64,000 nucleotides of DNA from IMG/VR virus record IMGVR_UViG_3300023203_000736. The stretch is one strand, 5' to 3'. Position 1 is the stretch's first letter. The number at the start of each line of letters is the position of its first letter. The notes beneath the pieces are model-generated. The model worked only from the letters and a program-made list of their open reading frames with translations. It was not told where the DNA came from and made no database searches. The position numbers and the translations under genes were made by a program. This DNA is from a virus (lineage: Duplodnaviria > Heunggongvirae > Uroviricota > Caudoviricetes). Below are positions 35,229 to 45,123 of the stretch, in pieces.

Positions 35229-37577
35229 CTATGCCGAGAGCAGTTCACCCTCGAACTCGAAGCTGGCCGAGAAACTGTCCTTGCCGTCCTGGATCACAGG
35301 TTCATTCGGCGTCGTGATGACGCCTCTCCAGACCCTTTGTTCCCAATCGCTGAGCTTGACTTCCAGCCCCAAATGCTCCCGGACAAAGCGGATCAACTCA
35401 TGCGCCTCCTCACGGTAAAGCGCCGAGAAGCTGAGCACGAGCGTCTGGACCTTCGGCCAATCGGGATCGGCGAAGATCGTCAGGGTGCCGCCCCGAGTCT
35501 CGCGGTTGATCCGATCGAAACTCAGGCGGTCCTTGTTGCCAAGATCGGGCGGGCGAAGCTCGATTGTGTCGGTCGGCGTTCCCTCCGCCGGGTAGATCAG
35601 CGAGAAACGGGATGTGACGCCGGGGAACGGTCCCTGGAGAGCGCCAGGAATAGGACCGCCGCCCGTGGCCGGGGCATAGTCGAACAATGCAACCGCACCG
35701 TGCTTGATGAGCACGTAGGTGACGGTCTGACCAAGCTCAAGGTCCGACTCAGCCATCCGGTTGCGGACAACCGTGACGCCGGCCGACTGTTCCAGGTCGA
35801 TCTCGCTGCCCAGCGGCTTACTGCCGTGCGCGACGGCCGACTGGGACATCTCCAAGTAGCTCGATGCGGTCCCAAGCCGCGTGATCCACGCATCCTGATC
35901 CAACTCCAGAACGTTCTCGGCCGATACCAGGATGCCACCCGGTTCGATGAATCCGAAATTGGCGTTCTGACCAAGCGCGATAGGCGATTGCGCCCCGAGA
36001 TTCAGCACCGTGTTGACCGATGCCGAGGTATTCAGCCCGGTCGTGACCTCGATGATGTCGAGCGTGCCAGGAACGAACTCCTGGTGGGTTTCCTGCAAGA
36101 CGTTTGTGGCCGAGACATACCACGGCCGCGCGACCAGCAGGCTATGGTCCAAGGCAAGCGTGCTGCCTGCTGACAGATTAAGGACGTTGACGGTGCTGAC
36201 GCTCTGATCGAGGTCTTCGAGCCAGCTTTCGGCATCAACGTAATACTCGTGCGTGACGAGTCCGGTAGCTTCCTGGCTGAACGCCAAGGCGTTGTCTGCC
36301 GTCAGGGTCCGAATGAACCCGGCAGTCGCCTCCTGGTCGAGAGTCAGTTGGCTCTCCGCAGATGCGTCTATGATAAACGCTCCGAGAGCTTCCTGACTCA
36401 GGGCAAGGACATTCTCGGCACCGAGTTCGTGAATCCACTGATCCGTTGTGACAGCCGCCGCTTGAGTCAAGGCAAGCGTGCTGTCGGCACTGAGATCAAG
36501 AATCCACTGGTCCTCGCTGACCGTTGACTCTTGGCTCAAACTAAGCGCGCTCGCGGCACTGAGGTCGTAAACCGTGCCAAGCGCCCCGTTCGCTTCCTGA
36601 GTCAACGCCAGAACGCTCGTGGCGGACACTTCATGGAGCCAGACGCCCGTGGTTACGGCAGCCTCGCTCGCAAGCGACAGCGAGCTTTCGGCGGACACAT
36701 CATAGACCCATGCACCTGTCGTCACGACAGCTTCATCGGTCAGGCTGATCGTGCTGTCCGCGCCGACATTGACCGTCTTGGTCAATGACGCTAGGTGGTC
36801 AAGCGTCAGTTCACTGGACGCACTGCGGTCGAAGACCGCATGGAAACCCGCCGACTGGCTGAGTTCCAGGGCGCTTCCAGCGGAGACATTGATGATCCCG
36901 CCGGTGCCTTCGCCTTCCTCCTCGCCGAGGGCAGGTCGCATATTGCCCAGCAAGGAAGCAAGAGTTCCCAGCTTGCCGGTCATTTCACCCGTGACCGGAG
37001 ATGGCTCAACTTCCACGTAAGCCAACTGCGCGGTGCCGACCAGGCAGTCGATGCCCCCAATCGCCCATCGCGGTGAAGAATGACCGACGATCTCCGCATC
37101 GCAACTCGCGGAACTGACAAGCTCCAGCGTGCTTGCGGCGCTCAGATTGATGACCTGGCCGCCGACTGCTCCTCCCAGGGCCAAGGCCAGGCTTCCCAGC
37201 CCGACGCCTAGCCGACCGCTCCGCGTTCCAATCGCCGGCAACGGTGCGTCCGGCCCGGTGAATCCAAGCTGGGCATCTCCCAATTGCCAGTCGGGGCTGC
37301 CCATCGCCCAAGCGGGCGGGCCGTGACCGATGATCTCGGCCCCATCATCCGTGGACTGCGCGACAACCAGCGTGCTCGCGGCCGAAAGATTGAAGACCTT
37401 CGGGCCATCCGGTCCACTCAGGGCGATAAGGAGGTTTCCCAGCATCGCGGCAGGCACGCCGAGCTTGCCGCCCATCGTGCCCGTCGATGGCAACGGGGCC
37501 TCCGCACCGGCGTAAGCCAGTAGCATGTTCCCCAATTGGGAGTCAGCAGTGCCTAGCTTGCCGGTCTGTGCCATCAC
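35229..37577 (-). CDS. Repeat-rich tail fibre or spike protein.
   Basis: An N-terminal ~80-aa unit repeats three times (GKLGxxAxxLGNLL...SAASTL). The central region has at least eight ~21-aa repeats (LSAxSTLALSQEAxxxxxxWIxE). Confidence 0.55.
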   Translation of the reverse strand: MMAQTGKLGTADSQLGNMLLAYAGAEAPLPSTGTMGGKLGVPAAMLGNLLIALSGPDGPKVFNLSAASTLVVAQSTDDGAEIIGHGPPAWAMGSPDWQLGDAQLGFTGPDAPLPAIGTRSGRLGVGLGSLALALGGAVGGQVINLSAASTLELVSSASCDAEIVGHSSPRWAIGGIDCLVGTAQLAYVEVEPSPVTGEMTGKLGTLASLLGNMRPALGEEEGEGTGGIINVSAGSALELSQSAGFHAVFDRSASSELTLDHLASLTKTVNVGADSTISLTDEAVVTTGAWVYDVSAESSLSLASEAAVTTGVWLHEVSATSVLALTQEANGALGTVYDLSAASALSLSQESTVSEDQWILDLSADSTLALTQAAAVTTDQWIHELGAENVLALSQEALGAFIIDASAESQLTLDQEATAGFIRTLTADNALAFSQEATGLVTHEYYVDAESWLEDLDQSVSTVNVLNLSAGSTLALDHSLLVARPWYVSATNVLQETHQEFVPGTLDIIEVTTGLNTSASVNTVLNLGAQSPIALGQNANFGFIEPGGILVSAENVLELDQDAWITRLGTASSYLEMSQSAVAHGSKPLGSEIDLEQSAGVTVVRNRMAESDLELGQTVTYVLIKHGAVALFDYAPATGGGPIPGALQGPFPGVTSRFSLIYPAEGTPTDTIELRPPDLGNKDRLSFDRINRETRGGTLTIFADPDWPKVQTLVLSFSALYREEAHELIRFVREHLGLEVKLSDWEQRVWRGVITTPNEPVIQDGKDSFSASFEFEGELLSA
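36230..36900 (-). repeat. Degenerate ~63-66-nt tandem DNA repeats inside the fibre gene.
   Basis: Units such as ctgtcggcactgagatcaagaatccactggtcctcgctgaccgttgactcttggctcaaactaag recur. The repeats are coding and no spacer structure is present. Confidence 0.5.
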
Positions 37578-38552
37578 TTAACTCTCTTCCCAGTGGACCA
37601 GGGAAAGCGCTATCTTCCCGGTGTTTTCGCGTGGATCAATGTAGACGCCAACCTGCAAGGGATAATTGTAGGAGTACATTGACAACGATTGCCACTTGAT
37701 CCAATTCAGACCGTCCATTGAGAAGTAGTACAGCTTGTCATCGCCGGACAACTCGAACTTGAACCAGAAGAGTTGCATTGGTGGCACTATGCGGCCGTTG
37801 AACGACGGGTCGTTTTCGACAACGGAAGGCGAACTGTAGTGAATGAACTGCAAGTACGAGGCGTAAGTTGTTCCATGATAAAGACCCCAAAGCGTGAAAT
37901 CCTCGTCCGTGGGATTTCGCATACAGAACCCGAGTCTGGGGCTGTCCGATGAGATGCCGTTGAAACTGAGCGCTGCCACCAGCTTCGTTGTCCCAGAACT
38001 CAGTGGCCGCATAAGAAGCCGATACTCCGGGCTGTTGGCGTCAAGATCAGGGTCTTCAACAAGGATCGCACTGCCCGTGTATGTCGCCGTGGCGTTGCCC
38101 TGATTCACCCACGTCCAGCCGGTATGAGGAGGCGCTTTCAATCGCCGACACGGCCCGTACTTGTGCCAGGCAGAGCCATCGTCGTATTCCAGAAACAAGC
38201 CGTCCGTAGGCAGAAACAGTCGTCCCTTGACCCCGGCAGCAGGCTTATTGGCGTACACATCGGAAACAAACCGATTCGCAACGCGGGCCTCCAGGCCGCC
38301 CTTCGTCAAGAGGTGAATGACACTGGCACCACTGGCGTGCGTGGCCGGCGTCGTGCCTTCCATGCCGCGCGTAACGGTGAACGTCGCGCCAGCCACGCCG
38401 GTGACAAGAAGAATCTCGCTGTCGATCTTGATGCGGAAATTCCCGCTGGTCGGAAAGGCCGTGGCGTCGATGACGCTGCAACTGGTGGCCGTCGTCGTGG
38501 TGATGGCCGCCGACAACGTAGTAACGGCTTGGTTGGAGAATCTCTCGGTCAT
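37578..38552 (-). CDS. Tail-fibre-like protein, paralog 1 of 3.
   Basis: The N-terminal ~110 aa are shared with the next two genes (TTLSAxIxxxxTSxxVxxAxxFPTxGNFRIxIDSEIxxVTGV...YANKPAAG...PTDG). The C-terminus ends ...LVHWEES. Confidence 0.55.
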   Translation of the reverse strand: MTERFSNQAVTTLSAAITTTTATSCSVIDATAFPTSGNFRIKIDSEILLVTGVAGATFTVTRGMEGTTPATHASGASVIHLLTKGGLEARVANRFVSDVYANKPAAGVKGRLFLPTDGLFLEYDDGSAWHKYGPCRRLKAPPHTGWTWVNQGNATATYTGSAILVEDPDLDANSPEYRLLMRPLSSGTTKLVAALSFNGISSDSPRLGFCMRNPTDEDFTLWGLYHGTTYASYLQFIHYSSPSVVENDPSFNGRIVPPMQLFWFKFELSGDDKLYYFSMDGLNWIKWQSLSMYSYNYPLQVGVYIDPRENTGKIALSLVHWEES

Positions 38553-39523
38553 TAGTATTGCCTCCAGTGCAGGACGTTCATGCCCATGTCAATGTAGAGG
38601 TACGGAGACGACGACGTGTAGCTCTGGTAACGGTTGACGATCAGCCCGATCTGGTCCGGCGTCAGATAGTCGGTCGAAGAAAGGCTGACTAATTGCGACC
38701 AGGTATAACCATTGACGGAAACGGAAATCACGCGGTTCGTGGCGTTGTCGGAATACTTGAGCCACACCAAGGGCGTCTCGGCGTAATGCTTTCCACTTGG
38801 CCAGCCGGTGATCGAACCATAGTTGCTGGTCGGACTCGCGTAGTTGTAGCCCTGAATGTAGATGTCCGTGCTGCTCCCGCCGATCCCGTAGGCTTGCAGC
38901 TTGCCGCTCACCGAATCACGGATGCAAAGACCACACGCCACCTGGCTTGACGAGTTATAGGCCAGCCAATTCGGCAAGAACGCCATCTCCACGGTGAAAG
39001 GCGTGGAAGGATATGCCTTCACGCAGCCGGACATGGACAGACTGGTGGAATATGGCCCCAAGAGGTACACCGCTCCGCCTTTGTCGGTACAACTCGATGT
39101 TCCTTGATTTACCCATGTCGGAAAATCCGAGGCTTGCGGTGGTGTCATCGGCCAGATCGGGCCGAACTTCTCCCATGCCGTTCCATTGTCGCGCTCGATG
39201 AAGATGCCATCGGTCGGCACGAAGATGCGCCCCGGTGTACCGGCGGCCGGTTTATTGGCGTAAGTATCGTAAACCGACAGATCATCCTGGTCATGGGCAT
39301 CCAACGCCCCCGCCGTAAGAATGTGATACACGGGCGTGGCGCTGGTATGTGAAGCAGCTTGGGTTCCTTCTTGCGCGCGAACGACCGTTAAGGTCGTGCC
39401 GCTCACTCCCGTCACCTTCATAATCTCACTGTCGATGAGAATGCGGAAGTTCCCGCCCGTGAACCCCATTGCACTGGCCACGTCGAACGATGTGTCATCA
39501 TCGTCGATGCCCGCGCTCAATGT
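38552..39523 (-). CDS. Tail-fibre-like protein, paralog 2.
   Basis: Start MAEQFKNLASTTLSAGIDDDDTSF. It has the shared N-terminus and a divergent C-terminus ending ...NVLHWRQY. Confidence 0.55.
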   Translation of the reverse strand, partial: TLSAGIDDDDTSFDVASAMGFTGGNFRILIDSEIMKVTGVSGTTLTVVRAQEGTQAASHTSATPVYHILTAGALDAHDQDDLSVYDTYANKPAAGTPGRIFVPTDGIFIERDNGTAWEKFGPIWPMTPPQASDFPTWVNQGTSSCTDKGGAVYLLGPYSTSLSMSGCVKAYPSTPFTVEMAFLPNWLAYNSSSQVACGLCIRDSVSGKLQAYGIGGSSTDIYIQGYNYASPTSNYGSITGWPSGKHYAETPLVWLKYSDNATNRVISVSVNGYTWSQLVSLSSTDYLTPDQIGLIVNRYQSYTSSSPYLYIDMGMNVLHWRQY

Positions 39524-39555
39524 CGTGCTTGCTAGATTCTTGAATTGCTCGGCCA

Positions 39556-40536
39556 TTAGTTTTCCTCCCAATGCAAGAAGGAGATCACTCGCGGAATGCC
39601 ATTGGAGGTTTTCCAACTATTGGCAAAGACGCCTACCTGGTCGGCTGTGAGAAACACGGTTCGATCTTGGGCAGGGGCCACGGGGACAAAATTGAATCCA
39701 TCGAATGACACCTTTACCAGCCGATTGGTCCCGTCATCCGAGAAGCGAATCCAGTGCATCGCAAATTCGGGCGAACCGTAGTAGAACTGACACGCCGAAA
39801 CCGTGGTGTAATTCGTCCACTGGGTATAGAAGAAGCTGTAAGGATAGGTGCTTTGTCCCCAGCCGTAAGTGATGATCTTGCCGGAAGCGCTATCCCGCCA
39901 CAGGATGCCAAACTGAGGGACAGTGTTGCCAGCGCTCGTATAGGTTGGCGACTGCGGCAATATGCAGACAGTGATCTCGTAAGGCGTCGAGGGGGCATTT
40001 TTGACAAGACATCGCAGATTCTCGCCCGACGATACACCTGGGGTGGTCAACACCATCATGCCCTTGACATCTTCGACCGTCGCGCTTCCCTGATTGACCC
40101 AGGAGAAATCGCCGCTGTTGGGAGGCACCATGCGATTCAAGGGCAGCATGTCCCAAAGCGAGCCGTTGTCATGGCTGACGTAGCCATAATCTGGCAAGTA
40201 GAGCCGTCCTGCCTGCCCGGCAGCATCCCGGTTGGTGATCGTGCCGGTGGCGAACTGCTCGATGTCCCGCTGGGCCAGAGAGCCGGCCGTCAACACATGG
40301 AAGACGGCTACGTCGGCGTCGTGGCTGGCCGCGCTGGTGTCTTCCTGCGCCCGCGTGACCGTGAAGGTCTTGCCCTGCACGTCCGTGACCAGCATGATCT
40401 CGTTCTCGACGATGATGCGGAAATTGCCGATGGTGGGAAACCCAACGGCCGACTTCACAGTCAAGCTGGTATCATCGTTGTCGATGGCGGACTCCAGCGA
40501 GGAGAGGCCGCCATTGGCGAATTGTTCATAGGCCAT
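39556..40536 (-). CDS. Tail-fibre-like protein, paralog 3.
   Basis: Start MAYEQFANGGLSSLESAIDNDDTSL. The C-terminus ends ...SFLHWEEN. Confidence 0.55.
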   Translation of the reverse strand: MAYEQFANGGLSSLESAIDNDDTSLTVKSAVGFPTIGNFRIIVENEIMLVTDVQGKTFTVTRAQEDTSAASHDADVAVFHVLTAGSLAQRDIEQFATGTITNRDAAGQAGRLYLPDYGYVSHDNGSLWDMLPLNRMVPPNSGDFSWVNQGSATVEDVKGMMVLTTPGVSSGENLRCLVKNAPSTPYEITVCILPQSPTYTSAGNTVPQFGILWRDSASGKIITYGWGQSTYPYSFFYTQWTNYTTVSACQFYYGSPEFAMHWIRFSDDGTNRLVKVSFDGFNFVPVAPAQDRTVFLTADQVGVFANSWKTSNGIPRVISFLHWEEN

Positions 40537-40560
40537 TGTGTTTCCTTCAAGCAAAAGAAA

Positions 40561-40599
40561 AGGCCGAGCGAAGCCGAAACCCCGCCCGGCCTATGGCGA
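40561..40599 (-). terminator. Putative intra-operon rho-independent terminator or attenuator.
   Basis: Minus strand reads GGCCGGGCG-GGGTTTCGGCTT-CGCTCGGCC followed by TTTTCTTTT, then the RBS GAAGGAAACACA and the ATG of paralog 3. Confidence 0.45.
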
Positions 40600-40608
40600 G
40601 GGAGTAGG

Positions 40609-41217
40609 TTACGCACTCACCGAGTAGGTCACTTTGAGTTGATCGCCGTTGTTCACGGGCACGTCGCCGGAATTGAACAGAGCGGTCGCCCAGAGGGTGT
40701 TGCCCGCCGTATGGTCGCTCTTGGTCTGGGCGTTGGTTCCGCCACAGGCGAAGACGCCCTTCACCGTCCCGCTGGCCGTGATGTTGAAGATCGACACCGT
40801 GGTATTGCTGATCGCCTGGCCGCTGGCAGCGTTCTCCTGCCACTCAGGTCGGGTCGAAGCGCTGTTGCCGTTGTTGGCGTCGGTGTAATCCGCGAACTCA
40901 TCCCAGCCGTTGCCGACCTGGTTGATGTTCTCGTAGGTGTCGCCAGCCGCCAGTGCCGAGTAACCCGCGTTGTCGATCAGACCGAGATACCACGTGGCAA
41001 TCGCCGACACATTATGGAACATCACGTCGAGGAGCTTGTTCTTACCCTCGTTGGTGATGCCGTTGTCGAAGTCGTAGGTGGCCAGAAGTTGCCCGTCGCG
41101 CCAGTGCTCGACATTGAAGTGGCCACGCAGAGGAAGCTCGCTCTTCGCAATCCCGCCACGGATAACTTCGGCTCCGGCAGCGTGCTTGAGCGAGAGCTTG
41201 GAAACGCAAGTGCTCAT
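40609..41217 (-). CDS. Hypothetical distal tail protein.
   Basis: Lies immediately downstream of the tape measure gene. Confidence 0.45.
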   Translation of the reverse strand: MSTCVSKLSLKHAAGAEVIRGGIAKSELPLRGHFNVEHWRDGQLLATYDFDNGITNEGKNKLLDVMFHNVSAIATWYLGLIDNAGYSALAAGDTYENINQVGNGWDEFADYTDANNGNSASTRPEWQENAASGQAISNTTVSIFNITASGTVKGVFACGGTNAQTKSDHTAGNTLWATALFNSGDVPVNNGDQLKVTYSVSA

Positions 41218-41300
41218 ACGTTCTCCCAAAGGATGTAAAAGGTTGCACGACCGCCCGATGGCGGTGTAGGAAGATCGCCACTCACCGCGAGCAGCAGAGA

Positions 41301-44300
41301 TTACAGACGGCCCGATCCGCGACGATTCTCTCGTCGGATTTGACGCATAACCTCGCGGGCAACCATCGTGGGTTGCTGAGCGCCGTTGACGTTGATGTCC
41401 CCGACCGTCGTGTTGTAGACCACGCTGGAAGGCTCGGGGGCCGGCGGGATGCCGGCGTTGATGGCCTGGAGTTCCGGCAGGAACCGGCGGGTATTCTTGG
41501 CGCTGGTGACAAACTCGCCCGCGCTGAGCATGGCGGGAATGGTGTCCGTACCTCGGGCCGCGCCCCCGCTCTCGAAGAACTTCATCTTGCTCATCAGGCC
41601 GCCGAGCGACTTGCCCTGCACGCCGCCGCCAACCGCCGGCATCGGCATGTTCCGAATGGAGTCATTGAGATCGTTTTGGGCGGTCTCGGCTCCATTGATC
41701 GCATCCTTGATCGTCCGATAGGCCGTCGATGCCCGCTCGCTGGCAGCCTCCGCAGTCGGGGCCAGAAGGTCCGTCTTCGTGATGAGAAGCTCCTGCCCCT
41801 TGATGGCGCTCTGCTGCATCAACTCCAGCCGGACGAAGAACTGGGCGTTCTGCGCGCTTATGCCGGCCCTGACGTTCTCCTGGATCGCCGCCTCTACCTT
41901 GGGTTCGGACGCCTTGAGCGCTGCCACCTTCTGCTGCCCCGCAAGCGCGTCTTCGACGGCTGTGCCCAATTGACTGATCTGGGTCGAAGTCTCCCGCAGC
42001 TTCTTCCTCATCGCGGAGTCGGCGGTCAACGCGGCTTGGTCGCTCAATCTCTGAGCTTCCTGCGCCAGTTCATCGCGCACTCGCAACAACTGTCCGGTGT
42101 GCTTCTCGATGCCGTCCTGGGCGAAGGCCGCCGCCTGGGCTAGCACTCGGCCGAGTTCCGGCCCAAGTCTCGTACCGGAAATGGCAACTTCGGCGCTGAG
42201 CTTCTTGATGAGATCGACGTTCTTGTCGAGGTTCGCCTGCTCTTGAGGCAGGCCGGACAGATCGTTGATGGCCTTGTACAGTTCCGCCCGCTTCTTGACC
42301 AGCCCGACCGCAATGTCGTCGGTGCCGGTTTGCAGGCTGAACTTCGCGCCGCTGGCCTGTTCAAGCTCGGTGATGATCGCCTTGAGCTTGATCGTGCGGC
42401 CTTCGAGCTTCGAGAAGATCGCCTCGATGCCTTCATCGAAGGCGAAAGTCAAGCTGACAGGCCGGTCGGTCAAGGCGCTCTCGAACGGAGCGCGAATCTT
42501 GCGGGTCAAATCCTGGATGCCCAGGAACTCCTCAAGATTCACGTCGCCTCGGCTGAGAACGCTTTCCAACTCCTGGGTAAGCGGCAGGATCGCCTTGCGG
42601 GCGGCCTCCCGGTCCTCGAACTTGACCGTGCTGTCCTTGGAAATGATCTCGAACTTGCCGATCTGCTCGATGAGCCGCTTGGCGTCCTTGAGTTGCTCAC
42701 GCCGGGCCGCGATTTCCTGTTCGGCGGCCTGGGCCTGCGCCAAGGCCACCCTATTCTCCTGCTCGCGCAGAGCAAGACGTTGCTGGAGAATGCTGTTGAC
42801 TTCGCGTTCGGCCTCGCCGATCGCCGTAAGGGCATCTTGCTGCTCGCCGACCGTCTTGGCTTCCTTGAGCCGGGCTTCACCCAACTCCAGGGCAGCATTG
42901 GCGCGCTCGTCGGCGGTTCTCAAAAGCTCTTCGGCCGCCTCGAAATCGTTTTCCTGAACGAGCTTGGCGGCGCGGCCCTCCAACTCTCGGGCGCGCTGGA
43001 TTTGCTTGACCGCCTTGGCCTGGTCATTGAGCCGGCCAAGTTGGCGATCCAGATACCGCTCCTCGCTCTTGAGCTTGAGGTCGGAGGTTTCCTTGCGGTT
43101 CTTCTCGATGATCCGCGCGGACTCTTCCTGTCTTCGCTCTAGCTCGTGGATGACCTTCGAGATGAGCGAAAGCCGCTCTTTCAGTTGGTCCTTGAGCCGA
43201 TCCAGGATGTCTTCCTGGGCCTGGACGGCGTTGGCCTTGTCCTCCTCATAGAGCCGTTTCAGTTCGGCCACCAGCCTGAATTGCTGCTGGAAGGCTTCTT
43301 GCACCGTTTGAGTGCGCGCGGCTTGGACCTTTTTCGCTTCGGCCGTGGCAACGCGGGCCTTCTGGTCCGCGTGTTCCACGAATACGTCGTGCTCCTGCCT
43401 TAACTGCTCCACCAATTCGGCGGAGGTCTTGATCGCCGCCTCATTCCTGCTTCTCCACCAGGCGATTGCTCCGGCCAAAAGCAGGGTAGCCGAGACCAGC
43501 GCGATGACGGGATGCGCGTTCAAGGCCGCGCGCAGCGCGATCAGTCCGGCCTTCATCCCGATGAGTGTTCGCAGACCGAGAATGACGAGATTGGATGACC
43601 GCAGGATCAAGCCCATCCCAAGGTTGATCGCCCCCGCGAGAGGCAGGATGATCGCCATCGAGAGAAAGGCGTCCTTGAGGGCCTTGACCATGTTGACCAG
43701 GCCGCCCATCGTCTCGATAGTCTGCTTGATGACCCTGAGCGCGTTGACGCCGAAGTCGTTGACGAAGTAGTTGCGCAGTTCGGTGAGTTCCCTCTGCACC
43801 TGCTGGGCGTTGGTCTCCATGATGATCTGGAACTTGCCCTGGAGGCTCTCGGCCCCAGCACCGCGAATCTCTTCCAGCACTTTCCGGTATTTCTCTGCCG
43901 CATCCCCGGTGAGGCCGAACACGCCGCGCCCCACGCGGATGTTCTCGGTCAACTGGGCGATTTCCGACGCCGTTCCATTGGTCGTATTGCGGAGCCGCTC
44001 CAGGAAGCCTTGGAAGCCGTAGGTCGCCACGCCGACCTCGGCATTGGCGACACCAAGTTCCGCGAACGCCGCCCGCATCGCCTTGGTAGGCTTCAACAGG
44101 CCGCGCATGGCATTGGTCAAAAGCGTCTGGGCTTCGTCCGCCTTGAGACCGCTAATCGTCAACGTGGCCAGCGCCGCAAGGACTTCATCAAGACTCACGC
44201 CCAGTTCGTGAGCCATCGTTGTGCTGCGGCCGATGGTGTTGGCGATCTCGCTGAGGACGAACCGCCCTTTGTCCACCGCCGCGAAGAGCTTACCGCTGAT

Positions 44301-45122
44301 GTCGGCGGCGTCACTGGCGTTCATCCCATAGCTGTTGATGATACTGGAGAGGGCGTTGGTGGCGTCGTCCAAAGTGGAAACGGCGACTGTCGCCAACCGG
44401 GCCGACTCCACCAGCACCAGATGGGCGTCTGCTGCCTTGTCGATCTGGTTGGAGAGGATGTTGTAGTAGCCTTGGGCCACGTCCTCGATGGGGCGGTTGA
44501 ATTCCTCGCTCACGGCCCGGACCTGCCGGGCAACGTCGCCGAGGGTGCCCACGGCAGGGCCGCCGCTCGTCTGGATTTGGGCCAGTTGCGTCTCGAAGCC
44601 CATTGCCGAACTGAGGGCTTCCTCCAAACCATTGCGCAAGGCCGACATGGCGCGAACCACAAGCTGCGTGGCCACGACACGCGAGAGCGTGCCGAACGTG
44701 ACCGTCAGCTTGTCGCCATGTTTCGTCGCTTCCTTGAGATTTCGGGCGCTCTCTCGCCCGAGCTTCGTCATCGCGGCCTGAGCCTGGTTGGCGGCACCGA
44801 CCAATCCTTTCAGACTGGTTTGCGCCTGACCAAGCATGGCCACCAAGGCGGCCATGTTTCCTGGCGCTTGCGGGGTGGCGACTTGCGCCGCCTTGCCCGC
44901 AGCCTGGGCGTAACTCTGGACCTGGACCGCCGCCCTGCCGGCGAGCCGACCGATGCCCTTGAACGCATCCAGAATCGGCTTGGCGTTGCCGTTGAAGTTC
45001 CCCGCCGCCGTGGCCGCCGACTGCAATCTCTGCTCAAGGCCAAGCAATTGCTGATCGAGCCGCTGCAAAGCGGCTAGCGCTTCCGTGACCTCAAATCCGA
45101 GTGTCTGTGTGATCTCAGCCAT
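41301..45122 (-). CDS. Tail tape measure protein (1273 aa).
   Basis: Very long alpha-helical, coiled-coil protein rich in A/Q/E/L. Hydrophobic segments occur mid-protein. It is positioned after the chaperone genes. Confidence 0.8.
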   Translation of the reverse strand: MAEITQTLGFEVTEALAALQRLDQQLLGLEQRLQSAATAAGNFNGNAKPILDAFKGIGRLAGRAAVQVQSYAQAAGKAAQVATPQAPGNMAALVAMLGQAQTSLKGLVGAANQAQAAMTKLGRESARNLKEATKHGDKLTVTFGTLSRVVATQLVVRAMSALRNGLEEALSSAMGFETQLAQIQTSGGPAVGTLGDVARQVRAVSEEFNRPIEDVAQGYYNILSNQIDKAADAHLVLVESARLATVAVSTLDDATNALSSIINSYGMNASDAADISGKLFAAVDKGRFVLSEIANTIGRSTTMAHELGVSLDEVLAALATLTISGLKADEAQTLLTNAMRGLLKPTKAMRAAFAELGVANAEVGVATYGFQGFLERLRNTTNGTASEIAQLTENIRVGRGVFGLTGDAAEKYRKVLEEIRGAGAESLQGKFQIIMETNAQQVQRELTELRNYFVNDFGVNALRVIKQTIETMGGLVNMVKALKDAFLSMAIILPLAGAINLGMGLILRSSNLVILGLRTLIGMKAGLIALRAALNAHPVIALVSATLLLAGAIAWWRSRNEAAIKTSAELVEQLRQEHDVFVEHADQKARVATAEAKKVQAARTQTVQEAFQQQFRLVAELKRLYEEDKANAVQAQEDILDRLKDQLKERLSLISKVIHELERRQEESARIIEKNRKETSDLKLKSEERYLDRQLGRLNDQAKAVKQIQRARELEGRAAKLVQENDFEAAEELLRTADERANAALELGEARLKEAKTVGEQQDALTAIGEAEREVNSILQQRLALREQENRVALAQAQAAEQEIAARREQLKDAKRLIEQIGKFEIISKDSTVKFEDREAARKAILPLTQELESVLSRGDVNLEEFLGIQDLTRKIRAPFESALTDRPVSLTFAFDEGIEAIFSKLEGRTIKLKAIITELEQASGAKFSLQTGTDDIAVGLVKKRAELYKAINDLSGLPQEQANLDKNVDLIKKLSAEVAISGTRLGPELGRVLAQAAAFAQDGIEKHTGQLLRVRDELAQEAQRLSDQAALTADSAMRKKLRETSTQISQLGTAVEDALAGQQKVAALKASEPKVEAAIQENVRAGISAQNAQFFVRLELMQQSAIKGQELLITKTDLLAPTAEAASERASTAYRTIKDAINGAETAQNDLNDSIRNMPMPAVGGGVQGKSLGGLMSKMKFFESGGAARGTDTIPAMLSAGEFVTSAKNTRRFLPELQAINAGIPPAPEPSSVVYNTTVGDINVNGAQQPTMVAREVMRQIRRENRRGSGRL

Positions 45123-45123
45123 G

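Noticed and set aside
35229-37577. CRISPR array.
   Set aside because: The only repeat arrays in the window are in-frame coding tandem repeats within the fibre gene. The units are degenerate, there is no repeat-spacer structure, and no cas genes are present.
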